The translations under genes were made by a program, and so were the position numbers. Under the pieces are notes generated by a model that was not told the DNA's origin, ran no database searches, and saw nothing but the letters and a program-made list of their open reading frames with translations. From Octopus vulgaris (Eukaryota), in assembly GCA_951406725.2 (NCBI GenBank), contig OX597826.1:65286001-65350000 (forward strand): a DNA stretch of 64,000 nt. Direction: 5' to 3'. This document shows positions 1 to 14,532 of the stretch, in pieces. The stretch's first letter is position 1. Every line of letters starts with the position of its first letter.

Positions 1-2441
1 ATATATATATATAATATATATATATATCTTTATTAGTAAATGGAGTGAAAAAGATTTTTTTCATTTAATATATCTAATAATGAAATATAAATGGAGATGA
101 TAATAATAATTATAACAATAACAATAATAATCTACCAGAAAAAAAAATGTTTCAGACTTAAGTCAAAGGTGACTCTGTATTGGCTGTTTGTATTAAATAA
201 ATAGCAGTGTGATGCAGAGCTACTCTGATACAGAAGTTTTAATGGACTCTTCCTTCTGATATACTTCCAAAAAAAAAAAAATAAAAGAAGAAAAAAACAA
301 ACAAAAAAAGCAAAAAACAAGCAAACAAAAAAACACTGATATAATATGTCTCACTAAATATCAATTATATTTACACACCAAAAAGACAGTTAATTTTTTC
401 CCCCCTGTTTTTGATTATGAAACTATTTCTTCTAAAAAAAAAAAATAATTGAAATTACAAGAAACTAAGAATAACAGTAGAAATTATTTTTTCTATCTGT
501 TGATTTAGAAATGTTGGGACGAAAACATTGGAAAATATTTTATTGTTGTAAAATATTTTATAGAAATAAACATTCGAAATAATATAGTGAAAGTTTATTA
601 ACCAGTTTGAGTGAGAGAAAGAAATAAAAATCATTGGACAAATAAGATATGTCATTTTTGATAAACAGTTTCCCCTACATGAAACGGTGACATTTCCTCT
701 TTAGTAATTAGATATCTTCACAAAAACTACAGGTTTAAAAATATATAAAGCTGTTTGTTGTTTGTTTCAGTAATATAAACTTTCTTTCCTTATTGCATTG
801 TGATCATTTTCACATATTAAATGTATTATTATTATTATAATTTTCTCTTTCTTTCTTTCTCTCTCTCTCTCTCTGCTTCTCTATCACACAAATGATCTTT
901 CTGACTGTTTTCAACAGATGCCTTCATCTCACCTATGTCTTCACTGATATTTGCATGTTTTGTTCCCTTCTTTGCTTTCCCCCTTTTCAAAATTAAGGTG
1001 AACAGTTCCACTAAAAGTATTATTTCTTGTGTTATATATATATATATATATATATCACCCAGTGTGTCTTGCTGGAATTTTTTTTATTCTTCCCATAATG
1101 TCATTCTTACATAAGAAGGTGGTCCAGTATTATTGGCTCTATTTTAGGTAGGTGACTGACTTCAAGATTTCAGGCTACTTAACAAGACAGCATATAAAGG
1201 AATGGTTGATAATTAATCTGAAACACAACCATGAACTTTATAATAAATTTGCTTATTAAAATTTGGTTTCTTTCAAAATACGAACTGGAATTTTTAGCTG
1301 TTGTTACAAACAGTTTTTATTCATTTTTTTTTGTTTTTTCTTTTTGTTGTAGTTAAGGAACATAGCATTTTCATAATATAATTTCCTATTTTGTTGGTTT
1401 TACAGCTAGGCTGTAAAATTCTTATTTGTTTTTATAAATCAGTTTAATACTTTTGAACAAGTGCTACGACCCTAAGAAATATTATTGCTATTCTAGTTTT
1501 CTTTGCCTATGTTTGTATGGAGACTATTATTAAACTTTCAGTTGTCTACTGTCCAACATTCTTTCAGAATATGTATCTCGTATAGCATCATCCTGACATC
1601 TTATCACCACTATTTTATCTCTTTCAATCTCCACCCTAGCCATGTCCACCCTCTCTCTTATAATGTGAGTAGATGTGTAGCTCCTCTACAGCAAGAAACT
1701 TGTTCTGTTCTGGCCCCTTCTATCACACTTTAACTTCTCATCCTATAGCATAAAGCCACCTCTCTCTGTACTGTAGCTCCACTCAGTCAAAAGTGATCTT
1801 AGTCTTGCAAATTGCGTGACTCACTAGTGCTGGGGTCACACCAAAAAAAACCAAAAAAAAACCCCAGTACATGCTATAAAGTGGTTGGTATTAAGGGAGT
1901 ACCCAGTTATAGAAATCATGCCAAAGCAGACATCAGAGCTTTCACATTCTTCAAACCTATTGGATCTTGTCAAACTGTCCACTCCACACCAGTATAGAAG
2001 ATGGATGCTAAATGGTGATGATGGAAAAGATTTAAACTACTAACTTCATTTTAATTGGGGTTGAGTCTCATAGCTAATACATCTCTCCTAATTGTGTCCA
2101 TGATTGTCTTTGTTGGAGAGCGGTAGAAATTTGTTATCTCCACAGTGCTCTCATTTTGTCCTTACGTTTCACGTCATAATCCACATTGCTTCCTCACTCT
2201 ATATTCTATATAAACAGTATTGAACAAATATTATCACAGTATAACTGGAATCTGATGCCTACCATACTGTACCTTCATCTTATGTTTGCATAAAGTATGA
2301 GTGTGTTATTTTGCACTTTTCATTCTTTTTAAGAGTTGTTGTCTGAATATAGCCCTCTCATGTTTTGATAAACTGATATATATCCATTGAATAGCCTGTA
2401 TAAAATCTTACATAACGTGAGATAGTTTTCTCTCAGCAATC

Positions 2442-2487
<46 letters not shown>

Positions 2488-5400
2488 TATAATCCATGCT
2501 CATCTTTGCATATTGTTTGTGCACATGAAAGACGTTTTTTACTCTATCAGAAATACTACATAGAACCTCATTTATTTATTCTATTTCATTAGTTTGAACT
2601 TTCTTTCACATTTTCCTCTATGTTTATTTTAAATTTCAGCTGATGTAGGAAGAGTATTGCTAGTAGCTAAATTATATATTTTAAATTTCATTATTTATAG
2701 TGGCTATCCCCAATGATTTGAATTCTGCTTTTCAAACAACACAACTCCTTTACTTTTTAATTTTTAAGACAATGGCTCCTTATGTAATTCCAACAGGTCT
2801 GTTCCTTAGCTGCAATTGAAACTACTTTCTGCACATGCTTTTCTATCATTATTCACTAATACCAATTTTTTGTTTGTTTGTTTTTTTCCTCAAGTCATTA
2901 GCACAATCAGCATTGGCACCCAGTCCTTCCTTTCTTCCTTCCTTCGTCCCCACTGCCACAAAAAAATGTATCACTTTGGAACTTATTGTATGTTTGTGTA
3001 TTTCCCTCAATACTTTAAAAAGAAAATGTTGATTACACTACAAAAGACTGTGGTTGGTTAACGTACTGTACTGAACTTACTGACCCAATCATTTTGAGTT
3101 GAATGCCTGCCACATTGCATTTTGCTTTTTCTTTCCTTTTTAACACCTTATTTAATTTTTACCAGCCTAGCTTATTAGCTAAATCTAGAACTATTTCATG
3201 TTGTTTTCATGGAAAGTTGATATTAAATCAGTAATAAGAATATTGAACACAGCTGCTCTCATTCCATACATGATGGAAGGAAATCTTTCACAAAATTGGT
3301 TAAGACATATGGAGGGAAGCTCTCAGCAAACTTAATTCCAAATTGTATGACTACAGCTTTCACTAACTTGGAGTGTATTATTTTTATTTATGATTCTGTT
3401 AGGATTTTTTATTGTTTAACTGTAGACAGTTGAAACTGATTATTTTTATAGATGGGTGGTCGAGTTGTATTTGTGAAAGTAATGTTGCCTCTTATTGATA
3501 TCTTGTCAGTTAACCCATCAGTGACATGGTTGCAGTTCCAATATTTAACCCTTTTGTTACCATATATCTCTTGAAATACACTACTTTTGTTTCAGTTCAT
3601 TTTGGAAATGAAGGATTTACTAAAATGTATGTATTTGTACACTTTTAAGTGGTTGGTGTTAGGAAGTGCATCCAGCCATAGAAACCACAGCAAAGACGAC
3701 ATTTGAGCTCGATGCAGTCTGCTGGCATGTCACATCCTGTCAAACTGTCCAGCCCATGCAGCATGGAAAATGCATGTTAAATGATGATGATGATATCATG
3801 GGTTCAAATCTGATCACAAGTATTTCATTGTGCTGTTCAGCATGGAACAGTCTCTCAGCCTATACCAACCAGTTCATGGTTTATTGGCATGTATTTAAAA
3901 ACAAGAAAATGAAAAAAAATGTGACTAACATCCTTGTAGAAAAATAATTGTTACAGTTTTAATGAAATTAAAATTTAAATTGTTAGGATTGTAACTTATT
4001 GATAAGATTAATAGCACAGTTAAGTTATTGGACAAAATATTTTCTATTCATTCCAGTCCTTTGTGAGTTCTAAATTCCACCGAGGTCAACTTTGCCGTTC
4101 GTCCTTCTGGAGTTACAAGTACAGAATTTGATTTAGCATGGCAGAGTGGAGCCTAAATCCTTACCCAATGGTTGGACTTTGATAACAGGTGAAGTGCCAC
4201 ATCTGTTTGAAGTACATTGGTGTAACTCACATAACTATTATCTGTTGTGTAACATACTATATTTGCTGTCAACATAACACACATGAACTTTCTGAAAGTG
4301 GGTCCATTAAAAGGAATAATACCAAAGAATAAGCAGAATCAGTAACATAGTTGAAAGAATTCCGGTTTTTTGGAGCAAATTAACCCTTTAGCATTTAGAC
4401 TGGCTATATCAGGCCTAAATATTCTACCTGTTTTATGCTCAAACCACCTACCTTAGAATGTGATTCTAAAAATAAACCATTCTATCATGAAAATCTTGAA
4501 GCTACAAGATAAGGTATGATTAATTAAAAAAATATATCCAAGCATTACATTTGACAGAGTAATCTGAATGATAAAGGGTTGATGTGACTGCTAGAAATAA
4601 ACATATTCATTCAGTATTCTATGAATGGTTCTTAGACATTTCTTGTTTTCTTTTTTTATTACCTTATACAATGCAATTATTTTGTACAACATGCCAAAAA
4701 TAATTTAGAGGATGGTGATATATCTGCCTACAAAATAGGAAATGTTCACTTGCATTAACCTCTTGGAACTTATGATGTTAGAATATATCTAATTTAGTTT
4801 ATCTGTGATATATTATAAATTTACTTAATTAGAATACTTTGTTTCTGTTTTTCTGACTGCACACCATTTTGCATAATACTAAGGCAGTTGTAGACTAGAG
4901 TAACATCATACTTAAGTAGTAATTGGTTGGTTACCCTTTTATTACCATATTTTTGTTACAATACACTGCTTTTGTTTAAATTAGTTTTGAAAATAGTAAA
5001 GAATTTAGTAAAATAGTAACTTTTGTGATTATTAAGCTTGTATTTTGAACATAAACTAACATGAAACCTTGATTTAAGTTTCAATTTATATAATTTGAAA
5101 ATAAGTTTTTGTATCATAGAATGAGAGGTAGTCTTGAGTGGATTGGTATCAAAATGGTTAAAATTATTCTGCAATCTTGAACAAATTATCTTTGGAAAAT
5201 GTTGATGATAGAGTTTTTAACCATATCAAAGTACAAGTGTAATATTGGTTATTGAATTACAAAAAAGTTTTAGTGGTACAAAAATAATAAAACCTAGATA
5301 TAGCGAGTCAAAGTTGGCCACATATTGTGGAATTAACGAAGTAGAATAGAAATGTGTTTGAATATAATTATACTAGGGAATAAAATAAAAACTAGATATC

Positions 5401-5610
5401 TTATATGATGCTCCATAATAAAGAAAATATTTGACAATATATGAATTAGATATATGCATACAATTATTTTAGTTTCTGTTTAATTGATTAATTAGTATGA
5501 TTACAACAGTGTAATAAATATCAAACAGGCAATCCCAATGGAATGTTAAAATTTCAGATAAATCATTTTCTTTCAGTAATGTTTTTGATGTTGCTTATTT
5601 TCTTCTCCCA

Positions 5611-5624
5611 GTTGCCTCGGTAAC
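5611..5624. promoter_or_regulatory. Consensus RFX X-box motif GTTGCCTCGGTAAC
   Basis: Matches GTTNCC-NN-GGNAAC; function not shown. Confidence 0.3.
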
Positions 5625-7087
5625 CAAACCTGAAATTGAAAAAAATGTGCTTTTATTGTATATTTGTTATATTTCTTATTATATCAATTACTGATAAATT
5701 AATATCAAGTTTGTGTTAAGGAATATTAATCGTTAACATATACTGATAATCAAAAAACATTGATAATTTAAAAAAAAAAAATGTTATTGAATGAAAATCT
5801 ATTTGTTAAAGAACTTTCCAAATAAGATTTTTTTTCTTTTTGTGAAGGTGTGTGGCCTAGTGGTTAAGGTGTTCAACTCCTGATCATAAAGTTGAGTTCA
5901 ATTCCTGGATTGGGTAGTGATTTGTGTCCTTGAACAGTGTACTTCATTTCATGTTGCTCCAACCAGGTACTGGTGCAGCTCTCCCTCCAGTTGTCATATT
6001 CAGGGTGTTTCATTGGATTGTGACAGGGAGATAGTGTCTGTGCCTGCTCGCACAGGCACCTAAAACAATTAGTGAGAACATAGTACATATGACAAAGTCA
6101 TACTAGTAAATGTTGATTGTACTTTAAAAATTTTTTTATTACACTTAAACAAGGCTGAAAATGTTCAAAATGTTAGCTGGAAGACTCCATATGAGACACA
6201 AATGTTTAAGGCAAGTAGATGCAAAGAAATTATTCTCAATTAAGAAATGAATGAGAGAAAACTTTGCAAAATGAGTCTCTGATTGGTATGAAAACAATGT
6301 TTTTCATATCTTGCAAGATCTATATTTTCACAATATTCAATGTGCTGGAAATTAAAAAATTTTGAAGTTGGTTTTCCTTTTATTTGAAGAAAAATACATC
6401 TTACATATTCCTCTATGAATTAAATTGTTTTGTTTTATTTCTGTTTTAAAAATTGTCTTTGGGAAGGTTAGTATTTAGACTAGAATGGATGTTTTAATAT
6501 ACAGATACGTGTTCCGTAGGCATAACAACACATTGGTCAGAAAAGACTAGAGTACATTCTATTTGATACCTAAATATGGATGTTGGTTCATATACAAGTG
6601 AATCTTGAATATTTTTTGTGGGGGATAGCTTTAGTTTGTTTTTTTTAATTATATTCTTCATTTGGTTTTAATCGTTTAGTGGACTAATTGGAATTCTTTA
6701 AGTTTATGGAACAACAATAGATGCATAGAGTGTTTGCAAATGATTTAACCCATATGACAGCTAAACCCCTCATTACTCTATATGATGCTCTCCAAATCTT
6801 CAAACAAATACTGCATAATAACTAATAATAATAATGTTATTAGTATCTGAAAATTATTTGCTGTTTCTGAAAGCTCATTCAAAATTTGTTAGTGTCCATT
6901 AATTCTTTTATCTTTTACTTGTTCCAGTCATAGGACTGTGGTTATACTAGGGCACAACCCTGATTGGGTTTACTTAAACAAATTGACTCTGGTACTTATT
7001 CTATGGTTTTTTTTTTGTTGCTAAGTTAACATTAACCAAAATTGATTGTCAAAGGAGTGGGGAGAGACAAACCCCAAAACACACACG

Positions 7088-7128
<41 letters not shown>

Positions 7129-8295
7129 CTACGGGCTTCCACACATTCTGCCTATCAAATTCACTCACAAGGCATTGGTCATCCCAGGTTAGTAGAAGAT
7201 GCTTTCCCAAGGTGCTGTAAATTTTCTTTTTGTGGCTTAACTCTAATCTACTTCACTGTTAATTCAAACATCTGGTATCAATTGTAATCATGAAAAGATT
7301 GGATTAAGATATTGATTCTTGTGAGATCTGTCTTAACTTTCTCCTCTCTCTCATCTATGTTCTTACCAAACTCAAGTTAACATGGTTTATCTTCAGTTTG
7401 AATTTCTTAATGTAATGTTTAGTGACAGAAACATAGGTAGGGAGTTCTAGAAAGATACAGTTTTAGGTATGATGGATGAAGTAAATTGCATAGTACAGTC
7501 TTAGAGTGATGTTGATAGTAAAAAAATAAACAATGTATTAAATGGATTTTGGAATAGAGTGGTATGTCCCCCTGAACTAATAAACACTAAAAAGGTGTAT
7601 ACATGACAGTGTATTAGTTACTGTTGCACGATGAATCAATTATTTGAATTAGTATTTTTGTCTTCAATACTGAATGTTGATGTCATATTACCAGAAATAA
7701 GCAAGGAAAAGCTTTAATGTGTTGGACTTTTCAGAACTGAAGTTTTCTATATGTCTTTAGGTTGTAAATGTGATTGGTTATGCTGAATAGTAATCAGAGG
7801 TTGTGATGCTTGAAATGTATACAGACTGAAAGTCTTAGCCAGCTAGTATTTATTAATAATGAAGCTGATATGTGAATTTTGTTGATATGCAAAGAAACCA
7901 TGGTTACGACAGTTCAGTTGTATCCAGGAAGTTTTCCAAGTTATTTTTACATGCGTTATACATACTTGTAAGGTGTCAAGGACGAAATGGTTAAATGATT
8001 GAGTATCTACATGTTCTTATTGAAAACACTACTGCAGTGACATACATCATATAAATGTAATACACACGCTTATGGTAACACTTTTAAAGATCGATAGTAT
8101 ACTTCTCATCTTCATCTCTGATTTGACGACTAGTCGTCAATGGCTAATCATTTGTTGACTAGTCAAAGGTTCCCTTTCAGCTAATTTCAAACAACTGTAT
8201 GTGAATGGCAGCATATAGATTTCATAATTACTGTTCATGATTTTATGGCAAGTTTCATTATATTCTGTCCAAGTGAATCAGCTTTTTCTTCTTAA

Positions 8296-11250
8296 GGTGG
8301 TGAGCCAGAAAAATCGTTAGCATAACGGGAAAAATGCTTAGTAACAGTTTGTCTGTCTTTATGTTCTGAGTTCAAATTCCACCAAGGTTGACATTGCCTT
8401 TCATCCTTTCAGGGTTGGTAAAATATGTAGCAGTTGAGTGCTGAGGTCAATATAATCAACTTATTCCTTTCCCCCAAATTTGTGGTCTTGTGCCAAAATT
8501 TGAAACCATTATTATTATTAAGGTGGTGAGCTGGCAGAACCATTGCCATGCCAGCCAAAATGCTTAGCATCATTTCATTTGTCTTTGTTTTCTGAGTTCG
8601 AATTCCATTGAGGCTAACTTTGCCTGTCTTTGTTTCAGGGTTGATGAAATAAATACCAGTTGAACATTGGAGTCGATTTAATTAACTTCCCTCTCTCCTC
8701 AAAAACTATTGGCCCTGTGTCAAAATTTGAAACCATTATTATTGTTATTAGTTGGCTTGGCAGAAATATTAGAGTTTTAGACTTATACTTTGCAGTATCT
8801 GGATGAGGCCCTTTATATTCTGAGGTAAAGTCTTGACTTACATACCTCCAAAGTTGATAATAAGATAAAAGCACCAGCCAAGTAATGAAGTTGTTAGTGA
8901 CTAACCCCTACCCCTGTGCCTATGTTAAAACCAGTTATTATTAAAGTGGCAAGCTGACAGAATTGTTAGCACGCTGGGCAAAATGCTTAATGTCATTTTA
9001 TCCCCGTTTACGTTCTAAGGTCAACTTTGCTTTTCATTCTTTGGGAGTCGGTAAATTGCCAGTGAAACACTGGGGGTTGATGTAATTCCACTTTTCATCC
9101 TTTCATCCTAGTCAGTCCCCTCCACCAAAATTTCAGGCTTTGTGCCTTTAGTAGAGAGGATTATTATTATTATTATTACAGTATTTCGCCCGTCACTACA
9201 CTCTGAGTTAAAATTCTGCCAAGGTCGACTTTGCCTTTCATCCTTTCGGGTCAATAAATTAAGTATTAGTGAAATACTGAGGTTGATGTAATTGACTAGT
9301 TACCTTCCCCAAAATTGCAGGCCTTGTGCATATAGTAGAAAGGATTATTATTATCATTAGGTAGTGAGCTGTCAGAATTGTTAGCATGCTAAGCAAAATG
9401 CTTAATAGCATTTTGTCCATCCTTACATTCTGAGTTCAAACTCTGCTATGGTCAACTTTGCCTTTTATCCTTATGGGGTCAATAAAATAAGTACTAGTCA
9501 AGCACTAGGGTCGATGAAATTGACTAACCCCATCCCTCAAAATTTCAAGCCTTGTGCCTATAATAGAAAGGAGGAAAGCGGCAAGCTGGCAGAATTGTTA
9601 GCATGCCAAGCAAAATGCTTAGTGGCATTTCGTCCATGTTGTCCATCTTTACATTCTGGATTCAAATGCAGCCACAATCAACTTTGCTCTTCATCCTTCT
9701 GGGATCAATGAAATAGGTATCAGTTGAGCACTGGGGTCAATTTAATCAAAATTACTGGCCTTGTGCCAAAATTTGAAATCATTATTGTTATTGTTATTAT
9801 TAATAATAATAAGGTGGCGAGCTGGTAGAATCATTAGCATGCTGGGCGAAATGCTTAGTGGTATTTCGTCTGTCGCTACATTCTAGGTTCAAATTCTGCT
9901 GAGGTCGACTTTGCCTTTCATCCTTTCGGGGTCGTTAAAATAAATACCAGTTGAACACTGGGGTTGATATAATTGACTCATCCCCTCTCCTAAAATTGCT
10001 GCCCTTGTAGCAAAATTTAAAATTATTATTATTATTTAGCCAGCCAGCTGGCAGAATCATTAGCATGCTGGTTAAAATACTTAGCAGTATTTTGTCTGTC
10101 TTTACTTTCTGAGTTCAAATCCCGTCAAGGTTGATTTTGCCTTTCATCTTTTGGGGGTGATGTAATTTGCTATCCCCCTCCCCACAAATTTCCAGACCTT
10201 GTGCCTATTGTAGAAAGAATTATTATTTGAAGGTGGCAAGCTGGCAGAACCATTAGCAATGCTGGACAAAAGCTTATTGGTATTTCATCTGTCTTTACGT
10301 TCTGAGCTAAAATTCTGCTGAAGGTGACTTTGCCTCTTATCCTTTCAGTGTCAATAGAATAAGTCCTGGGATCAATATAACTGACTTCCCTCTGGCCCTG
10401 TGCCAAAATTCGAAAACTACTGGCCCTGTGCTAAAATTCTAAACTATTATTATTATAATTAGAGCAGTGGAAAAATGCTTTGCATTATTTGTTCTGGCTT
10501 TTTGCATACTGAGTTCAAATCCTGATGGGGCCAACTTTGCTTTACATTCTTTTGGGATTGATAAAATAAAGCACCAGTCAAGTACAAGGGTTGATGTTAT
10601 CAACCCTAACCCTTCCTCTGAAAATTACTGGCCTTGTGCCAAAATTAGAAATAGTTATTATTAAGGTGTTGGGCTGACAGAATCATTACTGTTTTGGACA
10701 AAATATTTAGTGAGATTTCATCCAATTGCTTATGTTCTGAGTTCAAATTTCACCTAGGTTAACTTTTCTTATCATCCTTTTGGGGTTGATAAAATAAGTA
10801 CCAGCTAAGCACTGGTTGAAACCATTATTAAGTTCAAATTCCGCTTTTCATCCTTTCAGGGACAATAAGATAAGTACTAATCAAGTAATAGGGTAATGTA
10901 ATAAACTTGCCTCCTCCCCCAAAACTTTAAGCCTTGTTTCTATAGTAGAAAGAGTATATTGTCTCAAAAAGAGGACTGTGTTATTTCAAGCCTCCCTAAA
11001 TTAAAGAAATAACAATAATTATATGAGGTTAAGGCAGCAAGTTGGCAGAATCATTAGCACACTGGCTAAATGTTTAATGGCATTTTATCCATCTTTATAT
11101 TGTGAGTTCAAATTCCGCTGAGGCCAACTTTACCTTTCATCCTTTTGAGGTCAATAAAATAACCAGCAATTTAACACTAAATTTGATATAATTGACTTAT
11201 TCCTTCCCACAAACTTTCTGATCTTGTTACCAAATTTTGAAATCAATAAT
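8296..11250 (+). mobile_element. Head-to-tail array of about 14 copies of a ~200 bp SINE with (ATT)n tails
   Basis: Repeated ggtggcgagctggcagaa...gagttcaaattcc...gactttgcctttcatcc...ggccttgtgcc...(att)n units starting near 8296, 8522, 8751, 8946, 9181, 9360, 9578, 9813, 10040, 10232, 10461, 10665, 10831, 11033. Confidence 0.88.
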
Positions 11251-11326
11251 TACATGAGGTTAGTTGTTCAATTACATTATTAGTGGTAAAGGAGAAAACC
11301 AGAGTTGAAGTTTATTGTTCCAGTAA

Positions 11327-11709
11327 TCTCTCTCTATATAAACGGTAGTTTGTCTGTGCGTGTTTCTGTGTGTCTGTTTTCTTGTACCCTCACCCTGACC
11401 ACGGCTTTCAACCGATTCTGATGAAACTTGACACACACATAGCCCAATGTCATAATTCAAAACTAACGCAGCGAAAATTTTGAAAAGTTCCTCCAGTTCT
11501 GAAAAAAATCGATAAATTCGACATGGGGTCGAGAATCAGAAACACAAACCGCAAACTGTCTAGGAGACGCAACTCCACCTTTTTTAACTAAAAAAAAAAT
11601 TTACTATCATTTTTTTCCATCTTTTTGCTGTTTTTTGGCTATAACTCTCTAAAAATGCTTTATAGTTATTTCCCTTACAAACCTGAGCAACGCCGGGCGA
11701 TACTGCTAG
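11327..11709 (+). mobile_element. Non-autonomous Helitron-like element
   Basis: 5' TC, 3' GC-rich hairpin (cctgagcaacgccggg) then CTAG, inserted between A and T, no TSD. Confidence 0.75.
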
Positions 11710-14474
11710 TACTTTATAAAGTGTGGCACTGGGGCTGGAACATTAGGAACGACGAAAAAAGAGGTGAATTTAGAAGGTTTATTATACGCGTGTGTGTGTA
11801 TACATACATATATAAGTGGAATAGCTACCAACATTATCTGTAAAAAGAAAAAAATAAGACAAGACACAGCTTAATGTTAAATAGGATGTTTGAATGTTGT
11901 TAAGTGAAATATAGTCTTATCAAGTGAACAATGCAATTTTTATGTGACCTAGAATGATTGAAATAGTAGTTCACCTGTTAAGGATTTGAGAGCTTCTGTT
12001 TAGAGTTAAAATATTTTGTAGCTATGAAAAAATATCCCTGCCTTTGTTGTAGTCTTGTTACATCGTTTTGTGTGTGGTTAAGAGTATCTGCTAAGTACAG
12101 CTGTGGCTATGTCGTTATGAGGATTTTTTTCATTCGAACAGCTAAATTAAACTGAATTCCAGTTTTTTAAATTCTTTCTTTGCAGATGAATCTTTTATGC
12201 ATAAGTTGGAAGGTAAATAGGGCATTGAGTCTGCAAAGATTTGTGTCATGTGGTCAGAGACATAACTATTACCTTAAGTTCACATTTGTATCAAAAAATA
12301 AATCAAAAATATATATTTAAAAAAACAGCATAATATATATACAAGAGGAATGACTTTTTTAACATAACAAAAAAAAACATGTTTTTTATTTAATGTTTTG
12401 CATCACTCCCCAAATATTTCTTTTACACACAGATATATCTTTTACTATTTTGTTAGAGACCATTTCTTAGGAATGTTAAATTCCTGATCTGTTAATGTGA
12501 GATGAAAATACACTAATCTATATTTTAATTTACTCACTTTAGTTGAATCTATTCTTTGATCATAGTAAATTCTGTAACACTTTTTTCTTATTTGCCTTTT
12601 CCATGGAAGTTCTTTTGGAATGGAATGCTGACTTCCATAAAAGAATAATTGGACAGTTCTCATATTTTTAATATGGAAAAAAGAAAAATGTATGTAAGAA
12701 AGGAAGAAAATAATTATTAAATGCAGTAAAGTTTTGGAGGAAAAATATGTTCAGATATATGATTGCTATAAGCTTTGCTTTGCAGGCAACTGATTTTGAA
12801 TTTTACTCTTAGATTTTGGAAAACTGTAATTTCCAGTTGATAATTTTCCTGAGATAATAGTCTGATCTAAATTGGATCACTCCTGATTTAACTATGGAAT
12901 AACTTCACAGACAATTAAAATAGTGGTTAATGCATAAAAGGTGGAGTTAAATAAAGACAGTTCTCTGCTTTATCAAAAAATATACCTCATTTTGTTAACC
13001 TTCATTATGAAGGTTTTATCAAGAGCTTCCTTTGGAAATCAAAAAGGCTTTTTTTTTCTAAAAAATTAAAACATTATAAAAGATGTACCAAAAGTTACTA
13101 TCTTTCTAATGAACTAATAATTTTTAATCTATCTGAAAACCATGACAAAAATTTGTCATAATTTTATGCCTATGTAATGGGGTTTTGTATTATTTTCTCA
13201 TTTTAAACATGTATAATGAATTTTAGATACCAGATTAGAAATATGTAAATTATTTTACATAAAAAAGCCAAAGCTTGTTAGCAACAACAAAACTTGAGCA
13301 TGATCAACTCAGCTATTATATCATCATCATTATTTTAATAACTTCTTTTCCATGCTTGCATGAGCAAACCAGATGAAAGTATGTTGGGGGCAGAGATTTC
13401 TAATGTCAGTCTGCACCTGTTTCCAACTGAGGTTATAATTTTGCAGTTTATCAAACAACAAACAGCCCAGACGTTCTTTACACAGAAAACCGGAAACAAA
13501 CAACTCTGTGTGAATAACATTTTTGTTTACAAAGATAATGCAACATATTAAGAAACCTTGACATTCTTTTGCTGTGAACTGCATAACTTTTGTTTATTTA
13601 CAACCAGTGAAGATGGGAAGTATGAACTCGCATACTAAGTTACACATACATATATGCATGGGCAAGTGTCTTCTATTTTGTATATAGCCATGGGTCAACT
13701 TAAACCTTATGATTGGGTATGGTGGAGAGAAACTGAAAGATGACCATCACTCATGAGTATGTGTATGTGTGTGTATATAAGTATACCCATGTGTGTGCTT
13801 GTGTCTCCTTGTTCTGACATTACGCGATAGTTGTAACTGAGTGTCTCTGTTATACATGTGATGACACTCATTTCCAGTCTTTAGAAACATGTCCAGATAT
13901 GGAGAAATATTATCTTGTTTAGAAACAAGTGAGGGTCAGGAACAGGAAGGGCATCCAGCCATAGAAAATCTGCATCAATAAACTTCATTTGACTCATGCT
14001 AGCGTACAAAAGAGAACATTAAAACGATGATTATGATAATGAGGAACTTGATTTCTTTGAGTCTGACATCTAAATTCATTCTTAAATGATGAAATGAATA
14101 TCTTAAACAGTTAAAATAAACACCCAGCCTTTCAATGTATTGGCATAATACAATGACACTGTTTGTCATCTTTTTGACTGATTGATTGTTAAAATTATTA
14201 GATTATTAATTAAGACTTCAGTGGTTTTTAGCATATCCTATTAATAATCTTAAATGAAAAGAAACTTTCATGAACACAACTTAGACTTTTAGAGTCCTCA
14301 TTTATTCACGTGGACTCTAAGGATGAACACCATAAAATTGTATCCCCTATCCCCTTTAAAAAAATGTATTCCAAACCAAAGAAGGCTGTGACTGACAGAA
14401 AAAGGGAAGAGTTAAAATATACTTCAAAAAATATTTTACATACATACATATATATATATATGCATATAATATAC

Positions 14475-14532
<58 letters not shown>

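Noticed and set aside
7894-7907. gaaaccatggttac as an X-box
   Set aside because: Half-sites do not fit the GTTNCC..GGNAAC consensus
8296-11250. CRISPR-like or tRNA gene cluster interpretation of the array
   Set aside because: Units are ~200 bp SINE bodies with no unique spacers, no cas genes and no complete cloverleaf; the context is eukaryotic
13330-13584. 84-aa minus-strand ORF
   Set aside because: Ends in the common repeat tail (catgcaagcatggaaa...gatgatg); it is a decayed SINE/LINE tail
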